A model generated the notes under the pieces. It saw only the letters and a list, made by a program, of their open reading frames with translations, ran no database searches and was not told the origin of the DNA. DNA of 47,548 nt from Chiloscyllium plagiosum (Eukaryota), in assembly GCF_004010195.1 (NCBI RefSeq), contig NC_057718.1, positions 62,216,981-62,264,528 of the forward strand, given 5' to 3'. Made by a program: the position numbers and the translations under genes. Shown in pieces: positions 24,314 to 39,535 of the stretch; position 1 is the stretch's first letter; each line of letters opens with the position of its first letter.

Positions 24314-26170
24314 TAAGACCATAAGACATAGGAGTAGAAGTAAGGCCATTTGGCCCATCGAGGCCATTCCGCCATTTAATTATGGCTGATGGGCATTTCA
24401 GCTCCACTTACCCGCACTCTCCCGGCAGCCCTTAATTCCTTGCGAGATCAAGAATTTATCTCTGCCTTGAAGACCTTGAATGTTCCGGGCTCCACTGTGC
24501 TCTGTGACAATGAATTCCACCGGCCCACCACTCTCTGTCTGAAGAAATGTCTCCTCATTTCCATTCTAAGTTTAATGCTGTGTCCACGGTCCCTAGTCTC
24601 CCTGCTTAATGGAAACAACTTCCCAGCGTCCACCCTTTCTAAGCCATGCATTATCTTTTAAGTTTCTATTAGATCTCTCCTTAACCTTCAAAACTCTAAT
24701 GAATACAATCCCAGGATCCTCAGCTATTTATCGTATGTTAGGCTTACCATTCCAGGTGTCATCCCTGTGAATCACCTTTGGACACGCTGCAGTGCCAGTA
24801 TGTCCTTCCTGAGGTGTGGGGCCCAAAAGTGGTCACAGTATTTTAAGTGGGGCCTAACTAGAGCTTTATAAAGACTCAGAAGCACATCGCTGCTTTTATT
24901 TTCCAACAGTTTTGAGATAAATGACAACATTATATTTGCTTTCCTAATCACTGACTCAACCTGCAAGTTAACCTTTAGAGAATCCCTTTGTACTTTGGCT
25001 TTATGAATTTTCTCACCGTTAGAAAATAATCCATGCCTGTATTCTTTTTTCCAAAGTGCAAGGCCTCACATTTGCTCACATTGAATTTCATCAACCATTT
25101 TCTGGACCACTCTCCTAAACTGTCTAAATCTTTCTGCAGCCTTCCCACCACCTCAGTACTGCCTGCCTGTCAATCTAACTTGGTATCATTGACAAACCAA
25201 GTCTCTTCATCCAGATCATTAATATATAAAGTGAACAGCTGCGGCCCCAACACTGAACCCTGCGGGACACCATTTGTCACCAGCTGCCATTCTGAAAAAG
25301 AACCCTTTATCCCAACTCTCTGCCTTCTGTCAGACAGTCAATCCTTTTTAGCTTTTTTAGCACTTTCTCTTTTGTAATGCCTACCATACTCAACTCTGCC
25401 CCCTGACCCTCCATAGTTGTTGGGATATTATTCATGTCTTCCACTGTGAAGACTGACGCAAAGTACTTATTAAGTTCTTCAGTTATTTCCTTATCTCCCA
25501 TCACTAGTCTTCCAGCATCAATCTGGAGCAGCCCAATGTCTACTTTTGCCTTTCGTTTGTTTCTTATGTATTGAAAGAAACTTTTATTATCATTTCTAAT
25601 ATTACTGGCTAGCTTACCTTCATATTTGATTCTCTCCTTCCTTATTTCTCTCTTTGTTATCCTCTATTTGTTTTTGTAGCCTTCTCAGTCTTCTGATTTT
25701 CCAGTGCTTTTGGCCACGTAATAGGCTCCCTCTTTTTCTGTGATACATTTCCTGACTTCCTTTGTCAGCCATGGCTGTCTAATTCCCTTCCGAATAATGT
25801 TTCTTTTCTTTGGGATGAACCTCTGTATTGTGTCCTCAAGTACACCGAGAAACTCCTGCCATTGTTGCTCTACTGTTTTCCCCGCTAGGGTCTGCTTCCA
25901 GTCAATTTTCGTCAGTTCCTCTTTCATGCCCCTGTAATTATCTTTATTTAACTGTAACACCATTACATCTGATTTTGCCTTCACTCCTTCAAACTACAGA
26001 CTGGACTCTATCATATTATGATCACTGCCTCCTAAGTGTTCTTAGTGTACTTTAAGATATTTTATAAAATCTGGCTCATTGCATATCACTAAGTCCAGAA
26101 TAGCCTTCTCTCTTCCGAAAAACCATCCTGGAAGCATTCCATGAATTCCTTTCCTTTGAATCCAGTGGCA
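24314..26170 (-). mobile_element. CR1 LINE, 5'-truncated, with internal deletions
   Basis: Tail taagaccataagacataggag. ORFs give LYKALVRPHLKYCDHFWAPHLRKD, LNKYFASVFT and PWLTKEV. Confidence 0.93.
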
Positions 26171-26547
26171 ACATTATTAGTACAGCTTGGGTTGAGTTAA
26201 CCTTCCAGATGAAACTTGTGGAAAATTTAAATTGAGCGATTGTGATTGATTGCTCAAAAGATATTTCTTCAGTCACCCTCTTCCGGCTTCTGAGATGATG
26301 GATTTTAAAAACCAGTTAATATGTCTTTTTTTGTCTATTAGACGTTCCAATTTTCATGTTTAACAAGGGAAGTATCCATGTGAACTGGGATAAATAAATA
26401 AACAAGTAATGGTACCAGGATACATTTATTTAGGCAGACTCTATTTTATGTTCAGATGTAGGAACTTAAAATGGAAATATTATATTGCAAATATTCTTTT
26501 AAAGTGTAGACTCAATATGTCTTTGTATCCCAATCCAAGTGCCAACG

Positions 26548-28682
26548 TAGAACATTATCGTGCAGTACAGGCCCTTTGGCCCTCTGTTGTGCCAACCTGT
26601 GGAACCAATGTGAAGCCCATCTATCCTACACTATTCCATTTTCATCCATGTGTTTATCCAATGACCATTTGAATGCTGTTAAGGTCGGCAAGTCTACTAC
26701 TATTGCAGGCAATGTGTTCCAAGCCCCTACTACTCTGAGTAAAGAAACTACCTCTGACATCTGTCCTATGTCTATCATCTCTCAATTTGAAGCTATGTGC
26801 CCTTATGCTAGCTATCACAATCCAGAGAGAAAGGCTCTCACTGTCCACCCTATCTAACCCTCTGGTTATCTTATATGTCTCAATTAAGTCACCTCTCAAC
26901 CTTCTTCTCTCTAACAAAAGCAGCCTCAAGTCCCTCAACCATTCCTCATAAACTTTCCCTCCATAACAGGCAACATCCTAGTAAGCCTTCTCTGAACCCT
27001 TTCCAAAGCTTCCACCAGAACTGTAAGCAATACTCCCAAGTGCAGACGTACCAGAGTTTTGTACAGCTGCAGCATGACCTTGTGGCTCTGAAACTCAATC
27101 CCTCTAGCAATAAAAGCTAACACACCATATGCCTTCCTAACAACCCTATTAACCTGGGTGGCAACTTTCAGGGATCTATGTACATGGACACTGAGATCTC
27201 TCTGCTCATCAATGCTACCAAGAATCTTACCATTAGCCCAGTACTCTTTAGTCCTGTTACTCCTTCCAAAGTGAATCATCTCACGCTTTACCACATTAAA
27301 CTCCATTTGCCACCTCTCAGCCCAACTCTGCAGCTTATATATGTCCCTCTGTAACCCATAACACCCTTCATCACTATCCACAACTCTACCAACCTTAGTG
27401 TCATCTGCAAATTTACTAACCCATCTTTCTATGCCCTCATCTAGGTCATTTATAAAAATGAGAAACAGCAGCGGTTCCAAAATAGATCCTTGTGGTACAT
27501 TACTAATAACTAAACTCCAGGATGAACATTTCCTGTCAACCACCACTCTCTGTCTTCTTTCAATTTCTGATCCAAATCACTAAATCACCCTCAATCCCAT
27601 ACCTTCATATTTTCTGCAATGGCTTACCATGGGGAACCTTATCGAACGCCTTACTGAAATCCATATACACCACATCAACCACTTTACCCTCATCCACCAG
27701 TTTGGTCACCATCTCAAAGAACTTAATAAAGTTTGTGAGGCATGACCTACCCTTCCCAAAACCATGTTAACTATCCCTAGTTAACTATTCCTCTCTAGAT
27801 GATTAAAAATCCTATCTCTTAGAACCTTTTCCAACACTACCTATAACCGAAGTAAGGCTCGCTGGTCTATAATTACCAGGGTTGTCTCTACTCCTCTTCT
27901 TGAACAAGGGGACAACATTTGCTATCCTCCAGTCTTCTGTAGACAATGACGACATAAAGATCAAAGCCAAAGACTCTGCACTTTCCTCCCTGGCTTCCCA
28001 GAGAATCCTGGGATAAATCCCATCCGGCCCAGGGGACTTAGCTATTTTTATACATTCCAGAATTGCTAACACTGCCTCCTTGTGAACCTCAATCCTATCT
28101 AGTAGTCTGTAACTCAGTAACCTCCTCAACAACATTGTCTTTTTCCAGTGCGAATGCTGAGAAAAAATATTCATTTAGCACTTATCCTATCTCCTTGGAC
28201 TCCACACACAACATCCCACTACATCCTTGATTGGCTCTAATCTTTCTCTACTCATTCTTTTATTCCTGATTTACCTATAGAAAGCTTTATCAAGTTTTCC
28301 TTGATCCTATCTGCCAGCAACTTCTCATTTTCCCCTCCTTGCCCTTCTTAGCTCTCTCTTTGGTCTTTCCTGGCTACCTTGTAACTTTCAAGTGCCCTAA
28401 CTGAGCCACCTTCTTCATTTTGATAAAAGATTCAACTTCTTTAGTAAACCACAGCTCCCTTGCTTGACCACTTCCTTCCTGCCTGACAGGTACATACTTA
28501 TCAAGGACACGCAGTAGCTGTTCCTTGAATAAGCTCCACATTTCAATTGTGCTCATCCCCCGCAGTTTCCTTCCTCATCCTATGCATCCTAAATCTTGCC
28601 TAATCTCATCATAATTGCTTTCCCCCAGCAATAAATCTTGCTCTGTGTCACATACCTATCCCTTTCCATCGCTAAAGTAAAT
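26548..28682 (-). mobile_element. CR1 LINE, 5'-truncated
   Basis: ORF 26935..27546 has VPQGSILEPLLFLIFINDL and SKFADDTK; ORF 27812..28174 has KSPGPDGIYPR and NYRPASLTS. Confidence 0.95.
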
Positions 28683-31600
28683 CCCTATACGCTTGGGATT
28701 ATGTGCAGTTTCCTCATTGTTCAAGTTTGTTGTCTTCTTTAAAACCTGCATGAGAATAGAGTCTGGTGTGAAATTGGCACAGATGTTCAGAGAACTGATG
28801 GTTCATGCCATCAGTGTTTGTGCTTGGAATAGCCTCTGCAGCTGCTTTCGGTAAATTGGATTTAGTGAGTTATCATAGATAGCTTTCTAAACATGGTGTA
28901 CCTAACTTCAGTGCTTTCCTCCGCAAAGGTCAGCTGTCTGCATTGTTTTCTGAAGAGATCTGAATCTACTGTGCAGAAGTTGTAAGCCTTCATTTTTAGG
29001 TTGTCCTTTTTATCATTTGTGCTGACAACTTTGATGTTGTTTGCCCTGAAACAATTCCCCATTGAAGATCTACTTTTTCATTCTTTAATTATTCGTGAGG
29101 GGGACATGACATGTTGATGCTATTCTAATTTTTCAAAGGGTTGTCTCCAAGGAGTTCTACCCAGTACAATGAAAGTCTTTATCATTTGTGATTTCTGCCC
29201 TGCCACCACATTTACTTGACCAGATCTTGGATAACTTTAGATGAACTCCAGCGCTTTCATACAGCTCCCCTGTAGCAGACCCAGAATTCCTCACCGCACA
29301 GTAGGGTGTTAATGGCCCTCATGATTACCCAACTTTACTGAAAGTGACTCTCTTGTTTACAGTCTGGAATGCGTTTTCACCTTTATCACTTAGGCAGTGT
29401 GAATCTTCCAATCATTTTCTGTTTCATTGACATTAATATATAATGTTCTATAATGAGCAGATAATTAATTTCACCAGATTTACTGCTCAATGAGATGAAA
29501 TTCATTTTGTTCCCCAACCATTTACATTGCTACAAGTGATATTAGTATCTGTGTGTGGCCTAATGATGTATTCCTCCATTGGTACAACTAAAGAACATAT
29601 CTCTTCATTTGATTATTTTAAATCATCCAATGTGAGTATTGTGAAGAAAAATCTAGTTTCTCATCACACCATGTATGAATGTTAAACTTTGCAATAAGTG
29701 ACAGTATTCATAATGTTAATTAGAGTCTTGCTTTAAAATATGTGCATATTTGAAAATAAGATACAGTCACCGGAACAGTACAATAAACAATGTACAGAGC
29801 AGCAGCAGTTCCTGAATTTGAACCACATGAACTGTCAAGCATGTGTGCACTGTGGGTTTTGCTGCATGAACCTTTTGATAGTAATTGTGCAGTAAGTGCA
29901 TATTCGGAAGCTGATGTCTGTGAAACTGCAGTGTCTAAAAGGGAACTGAGTACAGGAAATGAACCATACATCTGAAATTTGTTTTACTGTCTATAGTAAA
30001 ACTAAATGTGAACTGTAACGCAATGATCTAAAGGGAATCTGTTTCATTATCATATTAGGTTTATTGGCAGGTTAATTCTCTGATAATATGGCATTTATTT
30101 AATTACAATGTCAATTAACAACAATTTTTAAAAGGCATAAAGGATATTACTTAAAATAATAGAAGAGGAAACCTAGCTATCTGGTTTCCTCATAAAATGG
30201 CACACATTGTAATTAAAACCACTTTTGTGGAAGTTTGAGTTTTTAGCATTTTAAAATTTGATTTGGTTTATATTTTGCAGTTAGGTTACAAATGTTTACC
30301 GTTTTACATAGACTTTTGGAGGATGAACAACATTTAACTGTTAAGTAGGTGCTCAAAGCACTTTGAAGATAAAATTTTGGAAGTGCTTTTTAATTTGAAT
30401 TTGTACTTTAATTTTACATTCTAATATTGATAATAAAAATGCAAATAAAAGTAACAATTTCAATTCCAGAAAACTTGATTCTTTAAATATAAAGGCAATA
30501 AATCGCCACATCTTTTCCCATCACAGATAATCTGCAACCAATATAATTCACCCCAAATATCTTTTGAGAAACTTCCGGATGAGACTAATTATCATTCCTT
30601 CATTTCTCTTTCTACTCAAAGTAAATGTCTGAAAGTGGAATCCTGACATTTGACTGTGTTTTGCATACGTTTTACTGTCTGTTCTATTGTATATTCTTGT
30701 TGGTAACTCAGTACGATTCATTAGAAAATCAGCAATATCCAAACAGCTGAGTATTGATACTCTAATTATTTCTTACTGTAATTCCTTTATTTTAAATTCC
30801 TCACACAAAAACATCGCCTAGAATTTAGTGAATCCCTGAATCTCAGTTCCTCAAAATGAGGGTATGTTCTTCACCCTTATTCCATCCTGCAGAGTTGACC
30901 ACTGTTGGGCTAAATTGACTGCATTTGTGCTAGTGACCATTAGAACTATTGTAAAAATATTATGTTTTTTTTTTAAACTTTGATCACTTTGGTTTGAACT
31001 TTTGAAAGGACAATGCAAATCAGACAGTTGGGCTCTATAGATTCAGGTTCAGATACCATAGGATTTGCTTTAGACCTGTGCAGCATGATTTTTAAACTTT
31101 CAGCCAATCATCCTGTGCCCTCACCATATTGGCCTGTACAAATTTAGGGCAATTTGCATGGCAGCTGGATATCCATGTTAATGTGGGAACACTGCCTTAC
31201 TAAACCTCCTAATATAAATTGGCTACCTGCTGTCTGCTGATGTGGAGCTATTGCTAAGCTGGCTTCTTTAAAAATGGCTCCAGGTCAGGATTGTGGCACA
31301 GAGGCAGATAATCTCCACCCACTTCTGAATAGAATACCATCAATTTTAAAAGCCCATTAATTTTGTGAGTTTATACAAAAGTGCAATAAAAAAAGTTGTG
31401 CCCTTGCACAGAGATAATCAAAAATTCAAAGAGGTTGAACTTGTTTGAAAAATGAATGACCTGAGCTCTTAATTTTCAGGTCCAGCTCTTGCAACACGTA
31501 TTTGTGTATGTTGGAAGCCAGTCACCTTAGAAGTCCACTTTGTAACAACTGAAAATATGGGTGGGAACACTGGAAAGTTCTATTCCGATGAAGCACTCAG

Positions 31601-33009
31601 CCATTCCAGGCAGAAGCTGTTTGCCTCAGATTTGTGTAAACAATGGTTAGATGTTACAAGAATAAGGATATACTTACTGATATGTTCAGTATAGGACTTT
31701 ATAGAGGACAATGTTATTAATATGGAGGTTTAATACTGATCACTTAACAGTTGCATGCTAATGATAGTTTAAAATCCCAGACTGCATCAGTGACTCTTCA
31801 GAAAAACTAATGTCCACATTAGAGAATTTTTTTGGGTTTGATTTATTTTTGGGCATAGCTCAGGGATAGGTCACTGTTGATTCTGTACTCCACCTTTGTC
31901 CAAAATCATTAATAACATCTTCCGTGTAGGCTTTTCTTTTAAATTTTAATTTTAAAAATCAATTTCATGAGACTACCCGACACAACTTTTTCAGTATATC
32001 GCCAGGAAGCTTATTCAGTCTTCCACTATTAAAACAGCACATGTACCATTCTGCTACAGGGGGATATGGATTTGCGCCCACTGTTTCCTATGCAGTTGTT
32101 CAGTTTTCTGCTCTTGTCATTATGGATGATGCTGAATGGAGGAGGTGGGTAGTTCCCCCACAGCAAATTCAAAGCAGTCAGAGGATTATTAACTTTGCCT
32201 GAAGTTGAAAGAAAGTGGTCAATGGGGTAACAAAAGTTTGAGTTTAGAGTTAATCATTGTGGCCGAGGGAGGGGCTGGAGATGTGGTGGGATGAAGGGCA
32301 TGTTGCGTTTGCATGGATGAGATGAGCTTTTTATGCCTAAGTTAAGACTTAAGAAATGGAGCAATTGAAATATAACCATGGCTCACCCACCACTGGTGTG
32401 ACAAGTTACCTGCCTATAAATTAGAGTGTGACTGGAAAATAAAAGGGGGAGGGGCTAAAATGAAAATAAGTGCTAAAAGTCTGTTTTAAGTATTATTTTG
32501 TGTTTTCACAATTATATAACTAAACTTTGCAATTTTCACTTGCCATATAGAAATTTCTATTCTTTCATATGATGGTTTTTTACAAAAATAAGTCTTTCCT
32601 CCAAGAAAATATACTCAGCTGCAAATAAGTAAGACAAATGATTTGTTACACAAAATCCTGTGAATTACTATCATTTTGCCTGCGGTGTAATTGGTTGCCC
32701 AAGAGTTGATTTAAAAGTACCCTGTTTACAATATACCAGTTTTTGATCAGATTTACATAATAAATCTCTTACCTAATCACTGCTTGAATAATACACAAAA
32801 GGTCTAAATATTTTTGTCATAAGAGCATCAGTCATGTACTCTTGAATGTTAAAACAATTTTAACTTGGAATATTCTCCATTCAGATATACTGTTCAGAAA
32901 TGTAACTTATATTACATTGGGTAAATAGTACTGATTTAATTATATTCTTGCATTCCTTTGTAAATGTCTACATTACCCTAGCTGAGATTTTAATTAAGGT
33001 AAAAAGTAA

Positions 33010-34562
33010 AATTATCAGCAAAACAGTAAATTGAAGGGAGTATCTCAAGAAAACTATAATCACTAGGGATATATACAGAGCAAAGGATTCCGGCTCTGGG
33101 CTGACAAACATCTAAAGTGCTGATGGACTTTATCCTTGAAAACAAATAGCTAATGAGATAGTTTTAATTTTCTAAATTCCTAAGGTACAAGGAGGTTCCA
33201 TAGATTGGAAAATTGGACAAATTCATAAAGGAAGTCAAAAAATAAGAAATTACATAAAAATTAGTTTAACATTTGTCATACAGAAGATTTTAGAATCTAT
33301 TATTAGACTTGTTATATCAGGGCACTTTGAAATATTCAAAGTATTAAGCAGAATAAGCATTGTTTTGTGAAAGCAACATCATGTTTAACCAACTTATTGG
33401 CTTTCTTTTGAGGAAATAAAGTATAGTAGATAAAGGAGAACCAATGGATTTAGATTTCCAGAAGGCATTTGATCAGGTCCAACACCAAAAGTTATTGAGG
33501 AAAACAAAAATAGATGGTGTAATGGGTAGCATTAGTATGTATGTATGGAAGCTTGACCAGCCAACAGGAAGCATAGAGTTGGCGCAAATAGGTCATTTTC
33601 TGGTTGTCAAGATGTAAGGATTGGTGTGCCATAGGGTCAGTACTGGGATCTCAACTTTTTACAATTTATAGAAATGACTTGGAATAAGGGGCCAAAGACA
33701 TGGTTGCTAAATTTGCTAATGACATAAAAGTAGGTAGGAAAGTAAATTGTGAAAAGGACTGGCTGTAAAGGGTTACAGGTAGGTTAAGTGAGTAGTCAAA
33801 GATCTAGTAAATGGAGTATAACATTGAAAATGTCATATTGTCTATTTTGGCAGCAAAGATAATAATGCATATTATCTAAAATGGTGAGAGATTTCAGAGG
33901 CACCTGGGTGTCCTAATGCATGACTCTAATAAGGTTAGCATGCATGTACAGCAAACAATTGGGAAAGTTAACAGAATGTTATCTTTCATTACAAGGGAAA
34001 TTCAGTACCAAAGTTAGTGAAATTATGCTTCAGTTATCTGGAGTACTGTGTATGGCATTGTCGTTTTATTTAAGAACGATACAAATGCATTGGAAAAGGT
34101 TCAGTGAAGGTTTACTAAACTAAAATGTGGAATGGGCAGACTGTCTGATAAGGAAAGGTTGGACAACCTATGTTTGCATTTAATGGAGGTTAAGAAGAGT
34201 AACAGTGGATTTGATTGAAACATGCAAGATCCTGAGACACCTTGAAGGGGGCGTGTTGAAACGATGTTTCGTCTTATAGAAGAATGTAAAAGTAGGGTCA
34301 CTGTTTCAAAATAAGGGGTGCCCAAGATGAGAATGATTTTCTTTCTCGCAAAGGTGTTGATCCCTTGAAATTCTTGTCTTCAAAAGATGGTGGAAACAAT
34401 ATCCTTGCATATTTTTAAGGCAGAGTTGTATAGATTCATGATTAAACAAGGGCTAAAAGCTTATTGAGTGGTTGTGGGAATGTGGAATCACCAGATCAGC
34501 CAACTCTTACTAAATGGTGAAGCATGCTTGAAGGGCTGAATGGCCTATTCCTGATCCTAATT
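33010..34562 (+). mobile_element. Old CR1 LINE (RT + tail), heavily mutated
   Basis: ttagatttccagaaggcatttga (LDFQKAFD), gctaaatttgctaatgaca (AKFAxD), tail gggctgaatggcctattcctg. Confidence 0.85.
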
Positions 34563-35640
34563 TTTTTTGTTAAATCCTATGGCTCATTTTTTCTGCTAGT
34601 ATTGTAACATATTTTGTACATTTTAGTTAGTGCAAAATTGTAAGAATGCAATCTATCACTTACAGTATCATTTTATTTAGTAGACTTGATCAGGAAAATC
34701 ATGAAATTCAGTGGCTGAACTTTGTAAACTTAAAAATTGCATAGTTCATTTTATTTGCATTGACATCACACAATATATCTTTAATCTGTAATCTATAATT
34801 GGTGATGCAAATATAAAAGCTATAAATGTCAACATGGCTTACTATATTGCAGGAGAAATTTTGGTTGTACACGGAGAGTTTATGAAAATGTTCTTTTCAA
34901 ACCTAAATGTGAAATTCTGTGCAGCTGACCTTTTTTGGATTAAAAAAGATCTGTTGACATTAGCAGAAGGTGTTCCTCTTGTTGCGTAGATTGGTTTGAA
35001 ATTAGCCACCAAATAAATACATTGAGTGGGTATCAACATTGCCTACTCACAACTGAAGATGGAATGACTCGGCTGTGACAACAGTGCTTACGTTTAGCCA
35101 CAACATTATTCAAAAGGAAGTGTAACCTCATTTATGGTTTGACCTTAACAGGCTCGATGACTTTACTGTGAGGTGCACTTGAAAATTGCATGAGTTTGGT
35201 GCCAGTATGTGTCAGTCTTGTGGAGGTGGTGATTATTATTTAGTTGTGTAGCTTAGTGTCAGATATTTAGCCACTTAATTATGTATTTCTATTATAGTTA
35301 TATAAATATATTAAGTATAGTTTCATTGTAATGTATTCAGCTTAAACTCACAAAAAGAGACTACATTGCTTTTGTTCTTGGTATCTTGTCAATGTTTGAC
35401 ACTTTGCAAATGGGTTGTTGGCCTTCCAAAATAGCCTGTCATTGAACAGAACAATCTCTCTTGTTTCACTGATGGAATTAAATTTTTTTTTTTGCAACAT
35501 TGATTCGCATCAGAGTTAAACTGGGTGAAATTCATTAATTTAATCACATAACTCTATTTTAAAAAAAAAATGAGGTAGAAGGAGGTAAGTTCCATCAGTA
35601 TCTACTATCCTTGTACATCAAAGCCTTTTAATAAATTTCA

Positions 35641-35657
35641 CCCCCCCCCCCCCCCCC
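35641..35657. repeat. Poly-C tract (C17)
   Basis: Direct read. Confidence 0.9.
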
Positions 35658-36117
35658 ACAACAACCAAAGCTCTTTCATTTGCTGACCAGTCTCCCTATA
35701 CTACATCGTGTAGTACTCTAGGCATGATGGACCAGTTTATTGTTAGATTCAGCCCCTGCCAGAGGAAGCACCTTTGTATATAGAAAGTGTACCAGTCTTA
35801 GCCTGTTGCAAGCAGCATCATTAGCAAGAACGATACATCCTTCAACAAATAGCAAGAAGGTCTTTATTTTTATATGGTTATAGGGACATTGAAATGCTGT
35901 CGAGATCCTGAATTCACCATTATAAGAAATTTCTATAAAAGCATGTCATCTCCAGCTGTAATAGTGTATTGGAACACCAATAAATGCAAAGCTATGTCAT
36001 AACCAGACCATGGAGCAGTGTGTTAGAATATCAACATGCCAACATTACCCTTTTTTTTAAAAAAAGAATTCTACTGTTTCCTAATCTGATATTTTAGTGC
36101 TATTTGTTTTATTTCAG

Positions 36118-36258
36118 TTACACAGGAGCAGGTTCTTCAGACAGAAGATATTGACCTGAATGTGGTGAGATTGTGTTTCCAGGTGTTTCTTCCTGATGAA
36201 CGTGGCAGCTTCTCAAGAGCTCTTCCACCGGTCGTCTCAAATCCTATATATGATAACA
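36118..36258 (+). CDS. REL: c-Rel coding exon 5
   Basis: tttcag| acceptor, |gtgagt donor, 141 nt. Encodes (V)[46 protein letters not shown]. Confidence 0.97.
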
Positions 36259-36319
36259 GTGAGTTTCCAAAAGTATTGCTGATCACCTTTCCTAGTGCAC
36301 TGACTGTATCATAAACGTG

Positions 36320-37125
36320 GGGAATAGACGGTACACACTGCTGCCACTGTGTCTGTGGTGGAGGCAGTGAGCTTTGAGGGTGCTAGATAGGGTGTCAATC
36401 AAATGGAATGTGATGACTTAGATGTGTTGAGTTTGAGTGGTGTTGGAGTTACACTTATAGAGGCAAGTGAAGAATATTTCACCTCAATCTTGACTTGTAC
36501 CTTGTAAGTGGTGAACAAGCTTTGAAGTGTCCGGTGAGTTGCTTGCCACAGAATTCCCGTCCTCTAACATGCTTTTGCAGCAAGTGTTTATATGACTTTT
36601 TCAGTTTGTGATCAGTTGTAACTCCCAGGATATTGATAGGGGGGGATTCAGTAATATCAATGCCATTGAATGTTGAGGGCTGATGGTCAATTTCTCTCTT
36701 TGAGAAGATTGTCATTGCCTGGAACTTGTATGGTGCAAATGTTACTTGCCGTTTACTAGCCTAAGCCTGAATGTTGTCCAGGTCTTGCTGCATATGGACA
36801 TGGATTGTTTTGATATCTGAGAAATCACTAATATTGCTGAACATATCCACTTTTGATCTTAAAATGCAGGCAAAGTCATTGATGAAGCAACTGAAGATGG
36901 TTGGGTGTCATGAGTCAAATGAGTCATCCTTATTTCCCCTTTTGAGTTCAGCTCTTTTTATTTTCCATGTTTGGACCAAGGGCAATGGGTAAGGTGTTAA
37001 GTGGGCCTGATGGAACTCAAACTAATGGCCAGTGAGTAAGTTATTATTGAGTAAGTGCAGCTTGATAGCACCATTGATGACATCTTGCATCATTGTGTTG
37101 ATGATTGAGAAAACAGGCAGGAACT
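36320..37125 (-). mobile_element. Decayed CR1-group LINE 3' region (second family)
   Basis: ORF 36479..36715 has FNGIDITESPPINILGVT; ORF 37022..37309 has HLLNNNLLT. Similar to 14745-15740. Confidence 0.8.
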
Positions 37126-37957
37126 GAAGTTGACCTTTGTTTTTTGGACATGGGTCAAATGGCCTCCTTCTGTGCAAGTAGGACTTTTTAAAGCCAAGAA
37201 GCTTGAAACAGTGCTGTATCAAAACTGAAGGAGGCACTACTCCATAATATGTGGGGGATATAGAATGGGAAAAGACTGCATGATTTCTGGTTGATCTTTC
37301 AATAAACAAAGATGGAATTGATTGAATTGTGGGTGTGTTGAATATGACAAATCTAATGAGACAGTAAAATTTCTATCGACAGAAATATTTTAAACTCTAT
37401 AGTCTATAAATTAACTGTAAGAGAAAGCAGGGTCCCCATTTATCCACAATTTTCTGCCACAATCCTCCAAGAACTCTTTGATCCATACAGACTAGTTAAC
37501 ACACAAAATTAAATTGCTGTCCTACGCTAAACTTTAGCTGGGTTGCTTTGCAGTTGCTATAAGTAGACTGAATTAGAGAATGGAAACAAATCTTTCTTTT
37601 ATTATTTAGTGACACAGTGTCAGCCTGGTTCCTTTGTCCAAAAGCATTTTTATGCAAAGTAAATGCAGATTGAGGTTGGATGTCAATGCTCCCTGAATGT
37701 CGAAGGCCCACACATTTAGAAAAATTAAGAGACTGCCAGTAAGCCCCACTTCAGCTAAGGTATCAGTGCCTTCCAGAGCTGAGTTAACAGGAGTAACTGA
37801 AAATATATACTATCTAGTGAGTGGTGTTACATTTTACTTGGAGGGAAAGGAAGAAAGAAGGAAAACAAATAGTATAGATGTAGTGAGATGAGAATTAGGA
37901 GTTCTGTGAATTTTCTTTTGAAGGAATCAGCATTTTCCATGCATTTTGGGTTTGCAG

Positions 37958-38062
37958 GAGCACCAAATACAGCAGAGCTGAAGATTTGTCGTGTAAACAA
38001 GAACACAGGAACTGTTAAGGGAGGAGATGAAATCTTCCTACTGTGTGACAAGGTTCAAAAAG
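37958..38062 (+). CDS. REL: c-Rel coding exon 6 (start of IPT/dimerisation domain)
   Basis: ttgcag| acceptor, |gtaatc donor, 105 nt. Encodes (R)[34 protein letters not shown]. Confidence 0.97.
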
Positions 38063-38898
38063 GTAATCCATCATTTTCAGGTTTTAAAATTTGTTTTTTT
38101 TCTTTAATTTATTATGAAGTTGAAGAAAGCTTAAAATTTATTCAGTCATCTGGAGGGAGTGGTGATGATGTTTAAAATCCTTCCTTCTACGATTGTCCTG
38201 AGTTGATTTACCTTTTTATTTCTCTTGAAAGATTACACATTCTGTATCTTGATGCATTAGAAATATTGATTAGGATCAGATTTTTTCTTTATTGTGGAAA
38301 GTTAAAATGGTAATTTTTAATGTTGTATCACGTGATTTTAGTACAACTTGATGCAGGATATTGGTATTAGTAAATGGACATTTTTGGTATGCAGTGCTAC
38401 CAGAACATAGAGTGAATTTCGAGGATTGTCTCATTAGGTTTACACAACTCGAGAATATGAATATCTGAAATCATATTATTGAGGAATAAAATGTGGATGT
38501 TAATGTTTTGTACCTGTGGGCATCAATGCACACTATTTAATTATAGCGTCACACCCTTCCTGTATGTCATCAGCATACTTGAGAACATATATACAGAATA
38601 ATCCTTCCAGCGATATTCGGATTGAGGATGTTTCTAGGTTCGAAAGGCTAAAGAAATGTGCAATGATAACTATAGAATATCAAGAGATTGAAGTTACCAG
38701 GAAAGATTTTGGAAAGGAACAACCTAATTGAATTTTTTAACATCTGATCAGGATACGTTGTACATAATGGTGATTTTTTTTTAATACCAAAGGGTTAGTG
38801 AGATATTAGGGGATTTTTTTTGTAATTTGGAGTAATGAAGTTTTGGAAATAGTCAACATAGAAAGGTAATTGAAAAGTATAATATACACTAATCTGAG

Positions 38899-39535
38899 AT
38901 GGCCTAGATTTTGCAGTTGCATTCACAGCGAAAACTATTGGTGTTTGCTGTTGTTACTCTGTGAAATGGATGGTTAAATGTAAAAAGTATGGAATGTGCT
39001 CGAAAGTAAATCTTTTCTCCTGCATAGTTTTCAATGATGCAATCAGTGTAGAATCAGCCATTTGGTATGAACTTTAACTTTTTATGCATTAATCTTATTG
39101 TTCAAAAAAATGTTTAATGAGGCGTAACTTAGCTTTTAACAGCACTAAGACATAATTATTGCTGAACTACTTCTCTGGTCCTGTTAAACTAACTCCACAA
39201 ATCTGCAGTGCCATCACCACAGATTCTATATCTAATTAAAATAAAACAACTGAAAATATCATTTTTTTATGTTAGCTCCTGCATTAATCTGATGCAAATC
39301 CCAATCTCCTTCATTCTCTATAAGATCATTAAAATTTGATATTTTTTAAACTTCCAGGTTTGCTGTCTGATTGGCTGCTCAGCCTGTTCATGACTCATTG
39401 TTTCTGCACACCAGAGATCCCTTTATAGCTGACATCAGAACTAAACTAAATCAACATTGTCTAGGGGAGGTCCTGAAGAATGTGTTCATTCTTACTTCAA
39501 GGTCAGGGGTGATGTGATTGCAAAGTCCAAGCCAT
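38899..39535. mobile_element. Possible old non-autonomous TIR element (Harbinger-like)
   Basis: Imperfect terminal inverted repeats: atggcctagattttgca versus reverse complement atggcttggactttgca. Confidence 0.4.

Noticed and set aside
29720..29975. Overlapping opposite-strand ORFs with short inverted ends (cagttcc/ggaactg)
   Set aside because: No protein motif, and the inverted match is too short to call an element.
35641..35657. Poly-C tract as a G-quadruplex/i-motif regulator
   Set aside because: Isolated homopolymer of uncertain true length with no supporting context.
38516..38731. 71-aa ORF with a charged C-terminus
   Set aside because: Non-ATG start, no recognisable domain, and no splice sites fitting the REL frame.
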